Shown here: in pieces, positions 58,739-64,000 of the stretch | Layout: every line of letters starts with the position of its first letter | How positions within the stretch are numbered: the stretch's first letter is position 1 | Source: an uncultured Gemmatimonadales bacterium | GTDB lineage: Bacteria; Gemmatimonadota; Gemmatimonadetes; Longimicrobiales; RSA9 | Assembly (NCBI GenBank): GCA_963798085.1 | Contig: CAWCRS010000008.1 | Location: 288,001-352,000, forward strand | Direction: 5' to 3' | DNA length: 64,000 nucleotides | Notes under the pieces: generated by a model | Seen by the model: the letters and a program-made list of their open reading frames with translations, nothing else | What the model was told of the DNA's origin: nothing | Database searches by the model: none | Translations under genes and position numbers: made by a program

Positions 58739-60016
58739 ATGTCTGATTCCCGGCCTGCCGACCCACCGGTAACAGCAGCAGCCCTGGACCGCGCGCCGGC
58801 AGCCAGACGCGCGGACCCGTACGCTGCCCTTCGTTTCCCCGATTTCCGCCGCTTCCTCGCAGGCCATTTCCTCGCGAGTCTGGGCACGCAGATGCAGACG
58901 ACGGCCATTGGCTGGTATCTGTACGAGCGGACGGATTCGGCGCTGGCGCTGGGTGGGGTCGGGCTGGCGCAGGTGCTGCCGATCTTTCTGCTGACGCTGC
59001 CGGCGGGTCATCTGGCGGACCGGTTCGACCGGCGCCGCCTGCTGCTCGGGACGCTGAGCCTTTCGGCGGCCGTGTCGATCGGGCTGGCCATCGTCTCGCA
59101 GGTCCACGGCGCGGTGCCGCTGGTGTATGCGCTGCTGCTGCTGAACGGCATTGCGCGCGCGCTCACGGCGCCGGCGCGCGATGCACTGGGGCCGCAGCTG
59201 CTGCCGCTCGAGCTGCTGGGCAACGGCGCGACGTGGCGCAGCAGCTCGTTCCAGCTGGCGGCCGTGCTTGGACCCGCAGGAGGCGGCCTGCTGATCGGCT
59301 GGACGCGGAGCGCGACGCCGGCGTTCATCGTGGCGGCAACGGCGCTGTTCGCGTTCGCGGTGCTGCTCGTTCCGGTGAAGCCGCGCGCGTACCGATCGAC
59401 CGGTCGCGGGCCCGTGCTGGAGACGGTGATGGGTGGGGTGAGTTTCCTGCGCGCGACACCGATTCTGCTGGCGACGATTACGCTCGACCTGTTCGCTGTG
59501 CTGCTGGGCGGGGCGACGACGTTGATGCCGATCTTCGCGAAGGACATTCTGCACGTCGGTCCGCGCGGGCTGGGCTGGATGCTCGCGGCGCCATCGCTGG
59601 GCGCGATCATTGCCGCGGTGCCCATGGCGAGGCGGCCGCCGGAACGGGCGGGGATCGCAATGCTCTGGGCGGTTGCCGGCTTCGGTGCAGCGACGATCGG
59701 ATTCGGCCTGTCGCGCTCGTTCGCGCTCTCCATCGCCATGCTCGCATTCGTGGGCGGGTTCGACATGGTCAGCGTCATCATCCGCAGCACCCTCGTGCAG
59801 GTGCTCACACCGGATGAGCTGCGCGGACGGGTGGCGGCTGTTAATGCGCTGTTTATCGGGACCTCCAACGAGATGGGCGGCTTCGAGTCAGGCGTCACGG
59901 CGGCGCTGCTGGGGCCCGTTGTCGCGGTCGTGGCCGGCGGCATTGCGTCGATCCTCGTCGTGCTCGGTGTGGCGAAAGCGTGGCCGCAGGTGGGAAAGTA
60001 CGGCGCGCTCCACTAG
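58739..60016 (+). CDS. MFS transporter (MFS_3/H+ antiporter-like)
   Basis: PYAALRFPDFRRF, GHLADRFDRRRLL, TPDELRGRV; about 12 TM helices. Confidence 0.92.
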   Translation: MSDSRPADPPVTAAALDRAPAARRADPYAALRFPDFRRFLAGHFLASLGTQMQTTAIGWYLYERTDSALALGGVGLAQVLPIFLLTLPAGHLADRFDRRRLLLGTLSLSAAVSIGLAIVSQVHGAVPLVYALLLLNGIARALTAPARDALGPQLLPLELLGNGATWRSSSFQLAAVLGPAGGGLLIGWTRSATPAFIVAATALFAFAVLLVPVKPRAYRSTGRGPVLETVMGGVSFLRATPILLATITLDLFAVLLGGATTLMPIFAKDILHVGPRGLGWMLAAPSLGAIIAAVPMARRPPERAGIAMLWAVAGFGAATIGFGLSRSFALSIAMLAFVGGFDMVSVIIRSTLVQVLTPDELRGRVAAVNALFIGTSNEMGGFESGVTAALLGPVVAVVAGGIASILVVLGVAKAWPQVGKYGALH

Positions 60017-60160
60017 CGCCCGGTTCCGGCCGCGTCCGGCAAGGCGTGCGGTCACAAATCCCGCCCGCCGGTCCGTCATACCTGCGCAACCAGTCGCCGG
60101 GCTGTACCGGGCACGACCGTCCGGTCACCGACCCGTCGCAGCAACAGAGGAGACGACATC

Positions 60161-60568
60161 GTGAGCCGCATCACGCTGAGCCCTTTCGTCAACTTCCAGG
60201 GTCGGGCGCGCGAGGCCATGGAATTCTATCACGGATTGCTGGGCGGAAGACTCGAGCTGCAGACAATGAACGCGCAGGGCGAGTCCGCTCCCGCGGGTCC
60301 CGGTGATCGCATCACGCACGCCCGCCTCAATGCCAATGGTGTGGTCATCATCGCAACGGACGGCCACCCGGACTATCCCGCGGCGATCGGCCAGAACGTG
60401 GCCATGAGCCTGAGCGGCAACGACACCGGGCGACTGACCCGCATCTTCAACGGCCTCGCCGAGGGCGGCCGCACCAACATGCCGCTGACACCGCAGGGCA
60501 ATGTCGCGGTGGGCTGGCTGGTTGACCGGTTCGGCATCAACTGGACGGTCAACATCGCGCCAGCGTGA
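60161..60568 (+). CDS. VOC/PhnB-like protein
   Basis: GAGGAG RBS. PFVNFQGRAREAMEFY, HARL, LVDRFGINW. Confidence 0.88.
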   Translation: MSRITLSPFVNFQGRAREAMEFYHGLLGGRLELQTMNAQGESAPAGPGDRITHARLNANGVVIIATDGHPDYPAAIGQNVAMSLSGNDTGRLTRIFNGLAEGGRTNMPLTPQGNVAVGWLVDRFGINWTVNIAPA

Positions 60569-60696
60569 GGCAGGACTGCACGCGACGCGCGCAGTTCCTG
60601 AGCCGCAGGAGCGAGGAGGACGCCGGCAGCCGTGTCCTGGCGCTGCCGAATGCTGCCGGGTTCCTCGTGTAGCCGACGGCGGTGTCAGATGAGACA

Positions 60697-61254
60697 ATGA
60701 GCAAACCGGTTGCCGATTCCGGCGAGGCGCGGAAGGCCGCGTGGACGGTGCGCCGACTGCACACCGTGGATGACGCGCAGATCGAGGGTCTCGCGGATGT
60801 GCTGATCGACTGCGTCGAAGGCGGCGCATCGGTGAGCTTCATGCTGCCGCTGACGCGCGAGCGTGCGCTGTCTTTCTGGCGCCGTGTGGCGCAGGGCGTG
60901 GTGGCCGGACAGCGCGCGCTGCTGATCGCGGAGGATGCGCAGGGTATTTGCGGCACGGTGCAGCTGCTGCTGGAGCAGCCGGAGAACCAGCCGCATCGTG
61001 CGGATCTGGCGAAGCTGCTGGTGCACCGGCGCTCCCGCCGGCAGGGCATCGGCGAAGCACTGACGCGCGCTGCCGAAAGGACGGCGCGCGATTGCGGCAG
61101 AACCCTCCTGGTTCTCGATACCGCGAGCGGCGAGGCCGAGCGCGTGTACCAGCGCACGGGCTGGGTGCGGTTGGGTGTAATCCCCGGTTATGCGCTGCTG
61201 CCGGCGGGCGGGTTGTGTGACACGGTCATCTACTATCGCGAGCTGCCGGACTGA
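60697..61254 (+). CDS. GNAT acetyltransferase
   Basis: DCVEGGASVSFM, ENQPHRADLAKLLVHRRSRRQGIG, LLVLDT, GVIPGYAL. Confidence 0.9.
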   Translation: MSKPVADSGEARKAAWTVRRLHTVDDAQIEGLADVLIDCVEGGASVSFMLPLTRERALSFWRRVAQGVVAGQRALLIAEDAQGICGTVQLLLEQPENQPHRADLAKLLVHRRSRRQGIGEALTRAAERTARDCGRTLLVLDTASGEAERVYQRTGWVRLGVIPGYALLPAGGLCDTVIYYRELPD

Positions 61255-61510
61255 TCCCCGCCTCCGCCTGACCCGCCGAACCGCTCAGCAGCTCGGCGAG
61301 CGCCGCCAGCACGGCGCCCGCCGCCGGCACATTGATGGCCATGAGCGTACGCACGGCACGCAATGCGTCCGCGATGGAATGCCGCTCCGGAACGGGCATG
61401 ACCTGCAGTCTGGTCCGTTCCACCTCACCCGTCCCGGTCACAGCGTGCTGCGGGTCCGCGTAGGCGCGGATGAGGTACGAGGCCATGGCGATGGCGCCGT
61501 GCATCATCAC
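61226..61510 (-). CDS. Hypothetical small protein
   Basis: 94-aa ORF with an ATGA overlap on the stop of the M56 gene; no recognisable motif. Confidence 0.35.
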   Translation of the reverse strand: MMMHGAIAMASYLIRAYADPQHAVTGTGEVERTRLQVMPVPERHSIADALRAVRTLMAINVPAAGAVLAALAELLSGSAGQAEAGISPAARDSR

Positions 61511-63491
61511 CGCGCGACAATCAGGATGCGCGACTGGAGGGTCGCTCGATCGGATTCATTGGAGAGCAATGCAGACAGCTCGGCCGCGCTCTCCGCCTGC
61601 ATCACGACGTTGCCGGTCGCGCGATTCAGCCGCAGCACCGAAACGAACGGCAGGGCCGGTGGGCGCGATTCCAACTGCGTGTTCCTGATCAGCTCGCGCG
61701 CCTTCGCTTCCTGGTCCGTGGTCAGCGTGATGCCTTCGAACAGATGCTGGAACGTCATGTTGGCGAAGATGCTGCTGACGAAGAGTCTGACTGTGTCAGC
61801 AACCTGACTCGCCGTGCCCTGTTCCGCAGCACCTCGCCCGCCACCACCACCGCCACCGCCCCCACGGCCTCCCCTGGCGCCACCACCCGCGCCACCGACG
61901 CGGCTGCCGCCCATGCCGGCGCCCACGCGGTTCCAGATGGCCGTGTCGGCCATCAGAGCGCCGCGGCCGCCGCCGCCGCCGCCGCGCCGGCTGGTCCAGT
62001 CCGGGAGAGGATTGCCGGATCTGCCGCGGCCTCCGGGTGCGTTCCGCGCTGCGTTCGCAGCGAACGTCGCGCGGTCGTTGTCATTGGCCAGCAGTTCGCG
62101 CAGTGCGGAGTCGCGTGCGGCATTCAGCTTGACTGTCTTCGCCATGTTCGCCTGCGCCGTCAGCAGCGCCAGCTGGTCCTGCACATCCTGCTGCACCTGG
62201 AGACTGGCGAGCAGGTTGCAGGCTCTGGCGGCCTGATCGGGCGTCAGGATGATGCCATCGAACAGCCGGTCATAATGGTGTCCACAACGAACGGAACCTG
62301 CGCGCTGGTCGCAGAGCAGGGCGCTCTGGTCGTGAGCGCGGGCGGCGTAGCGCGCGCGCCGCGCCGGCTGTCGCGCCGTGCGGCTGCGGTCTGGCTCGCG
62401 TGTGGCGGTGCGGCGGCGGCATCGTGTCCGGCTGCTGCTACTTGTGTGTTACCGAGGTCCGTCGTCGGGGCCACGGCTGGTGCAGGCGACGACGCGGCGC
62501 TCACCTGTGTCTCGCGGCGGGAGGGCGCGGCGGCCGCACGCACCGGCGCGGGCGGGTGTGGCGCGGCCATGGCGGCCGTCACCGCGAACAGCGCAATGCC
62601 CGCGGCGGCGGCCCGCGCCGCGCGTGACGTGCGGGCTCGGTGTCGCTTCAGCAGGCGAATGCGGCGCTCGAGCTGCACCGCGCGTTCCGCGAATGCGGTC
62701 ACGCCCATGAGTCTGGGTCCGCGCCGGGGACGAGCCACCTCCAGCAGCAGATCGCCGTAGGAGCGCACATCCGCATCGCGCAGCACGCGTGCATCGCAGT
62801 CCAGCTCCACCGCCGCGCGCAGGCGCAGCAGCTGCCACCACAACGCGAGGTTCCAGGGCATGAGGATGAGCGCGAGCTGCGCCGCGGTCAGCAGTCGCCC
62901 GTCGCTCGCGTGCTGGTGCTCCTGTTCGTGCCGCAACACCAGTGTCAGCTGGGAGGGCTCGAGCGCGAGCACCCACTCGGGCAAAACGATCTGCGGTGAC
63001 ACCACGCCCACGACCGCAGGCCCGGTTCGCTCGGCAACGAACAGGGGAACGCCCTGCACGACGCGCCGCTGCCACTGTCGCCGCATCCAGACGAGCGTGA
63101 CCACGCCGCCGAAGAAGTTGAACGCGAGCGCCAGGGAGAGCGCGATCCAGGTGAGCGCCAGCGGTTCGTCGAAGCGCGCCAGCGTTGCGCGCCAGTCACG
63201 CGCCGGCGAGGAGCTCGGCGCCATCGCGGCGAGCGGCGAAACCGGCGGCGCCGCCTCGCGGACCGGGTCGGTTGCGCCAGCAACACCGGCGTCGATCGCC
63301 GAGTCCGGGCGTACCGGACGCTGCGCAATGCGGAACGCCACGGCCGGCATGAAAAGCGAGAGCGCCATGGCGCCGATCCAGACAGGACGGACCGGGGCGC
63401 GACCGGCAAGCAGCGCGCGCTCGGCCAGCATGGCGGCCAGGGAGAGCCCCAGCGCGCACAGCGAGCAGTAGAACATCCAGGCGGCGATCAT
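61507..63491 (-). CDS. BlaR1/MecR1-like M56 peptidase with tandem LTXXQ (Spy/CpxP-like) C-terminal domains; 1-base deletion near 62274
   Basis: GPAVVG...PQIVLP, HEQEH, ELDCDARV, LERRI. Restoring one T gives VVDTI-YDRLFDGIILTPDQ, which joins ORF 61507-62196. Confidence 0.85.
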
Positions 63492-63862
63492 TGTTCAACC
63501 TCCCGAAGTTTGTCATCGAGCAGACGGCGGAGACGGCGCAGCTCGGCTGCGGTGACGCTCCGCTCGGTTACGAGGTGCGTGAGCAGACGCTCGGTCGACC
63601 CACCGAAGAGCTTCTCCACGAGTCGCGACGTCGCCGTGGCGCCCGCGTCTTCCTGCTTCACGACCGCGCGGAATCGATGCGCCTTCCCCTCCTCGGTGTG
63701 CGTCACATAGCCCTTGCCTTCCAGCACGGTGAGCACGGTCAGCACGGTATTGTGGGCCAGCTCATCGCTCAGGCGGGCGCGCACTTCCGCCACCGTCGAA
63801 GGCCCGCGGTGCCACAGGATCGCCATCACGTCGAGTTCCCTGTCCGTGAATGTTGGCGCCAT
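63488..63862 (-). CDS. BlaI/MecI/CopY-family repressor
   Basis: FTDRELDVMAILWHRGPSTVAEV...TVLTVLTVLEGKGYV...LFGGS. ATGA overlap with the M56 gene; GGAGG RBS. Confidence 0.93.
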   Translation of the reverse strand: MAPTFTDRELDVMAILWHRGPSTVAEVRARLSDELAHNTVLTVLTVLEGKGYVTHTEEGKAHRFRAVVKQEDAGATATSRLVEKLFGGSTERLLTHLVTERSVTAAELRRLRRLLDDKLREVEQ

Positions 63863-63867
63863 CATTC

Positions 63868-63968
63868 CTCCCATGTTCTTAGGTGTTAACGGCTGCACTG
63901 CGCCGTCGCTGCTCCCATGTGTCGTAACACCGTCACTTCCCTGCAAATCTCCTAGCATCGTAGGAGAT
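63868..63968. promoter_or_regulatory. Candidate BlaI operators
   Basis: Perfect ATCTCCTA-N6-TAGGAGAT (63947-63968), imperfect CTCCCA-N6-TAGGTG over the RBS (63868-63885), and a half-site CTCCCATGT at 63912. Confidence 0.6.
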
Positions 63969-64000
63969 ACGATGGCACGGCTGCCGGGCGCCTGTCAAGA

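Noticed and set aside
61507..63862. Beta-lactam resistance regulator (true blaR1/blaI)
   Set aside because: The M56 protein lacks a penicillin-binding sensor domain and no beta-lactamase is in view.

Overview
This is a GC-rich bacterial chromosomal window. The kinase, ADOP-permease and S9-peptidase repertoire points to Gemmatimonadota (inference). Indel errors cluster in a few genes (1-1100, 11276-14707, 26858-29000), with single indels at ~50700, ~57395/~58290 and ~62274, as expected of a long-read consensus. Main contents in order: (1) a secreted hydrolase cluster (two amidases, amidohydrolases, a beta-propeller); (2) two ADOP permeases plus a remnant; (3) an AT3-SGNH acyltransferase and an EreA/ChaN-like protein; (4) an 8-kb four-gene cluster of lipoprotein, zinc-ribbon Ser/Thr kinase with Ig repeats, catalytically dead trypsin-like protein and FN3-SusD-like lipoprotein; (5) an S9 peptidase locus present as two tandem alleles with a variable gene slot; (6) an ~11.5-kb defence island of SNF2 helicase-Fic-type III Mod-Res, followed by a type I hsdM remnant, a LexA-like HTH protein, Uma2 and a membrane-anchored Holliday-junction-resolvase-like nuclease, with degenerate attC-like hairpins; (7) a PQQ dehydrogenase, a FitAB/VapBC toxin-antitoxin pair, DoxX, a tandem TIR-like fusion, cytochrome c, HupE/UreJ and an NHL protein; (8) a four-helix-bundle gene, MFS, VOC, GNAT and a BlaI-BlaR1(M56) pair with visible operators. 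I saw no rRNA, tRNA, CRISPR array, integrase or transposase. The best candidates for an undescribed system are the SNF2-Fic-type III RM module, the kinase/pseudoprotease/modular-lipoprotein operon and the TIR-TIR fusion. All family assignments come from motif recognition by eye, not from database searches.
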